The position numbers were made by a program, and so were the translations under genes. A stretch of 64,000 bases of DNA from an uncultured Actinomycetes bacterium (GTDB lineage: Bacteria; Actinomycetota; UBA4738; HRBIN12), in the NCBI GenBank assembly GCA_963762075.1, contig CAVXJC010000007.1, positions 65,920 to 129,919 on the forward strand. The letters run 5' to 3'. This document shows positions 63,948 to 64,000 of the stretch, piece by piece; position 1 is the stretch's first letter; each line of letters starts with the position of its first letter. The notes under the pieces are model-generated. The model saw only the letters and a list, made by a program, of their open reading frames with translations, did no database searches and was not told the origin of the DNA.

Positions 63948-64000
63948 AATAGATGCTCGCGCTCGCTATCGAGTTCTCAAGGTGCTCGAGGGGCTCGCAC

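Overview
High-GC (about 70%) actinobacterial chromosomal window, dense and largely syntenic with mycobacterial core regions. Positions 1-7.2 kb carry a complete Pup-proteasome locus (dop partial, pup, prcB, prcA, pafA, pafB, pafC), followed by tatA/tatC, helY, cysS, an lnt-ppm1 fusion, a two-subunit glycine dehydrogenase with garA/gcvH, der/cmk/aroA/tyrA, rluB/scpB/scpA/trpS, deoA/deoB, xerD, ald, pyrG, recN, nadK, tlyA and the 3' part of an rRNA operon (23S and 5S on the minus strand, ITS at the window end, 16S outside). One tRNA-Pro(GGG) is present. Many adjacent genes share 4-nt GTGA/ATGA start-stop overlaps. The most unusual region is about 17.7-23.9 kb. It holds a lipoprotein translationally coupled to a divergent 4-TM FtsH-like AAA/M41 protease paralog with two insertions in its ATPase domain, then an Lrp/AsnC regulator divergent from a compact (about 250-290 aa) thumbless reverse transcriptase whose stop overlaps the start of a family-3 amidohydrolase gene that carries a frameshift. 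This RT-amidohydrolase pair is my best candidate for an undescribed RT-associated system. Other notable points are a second frameshift in gcvPB, an S2P/M50 homolog with a degenerate HExxH motif, a GarA-like FHA protein with an N-terminal zinc ribbon, and two DAGK-family lipid kinases flanking helY. No CRISPR array, transposase or intact prophage was seen.
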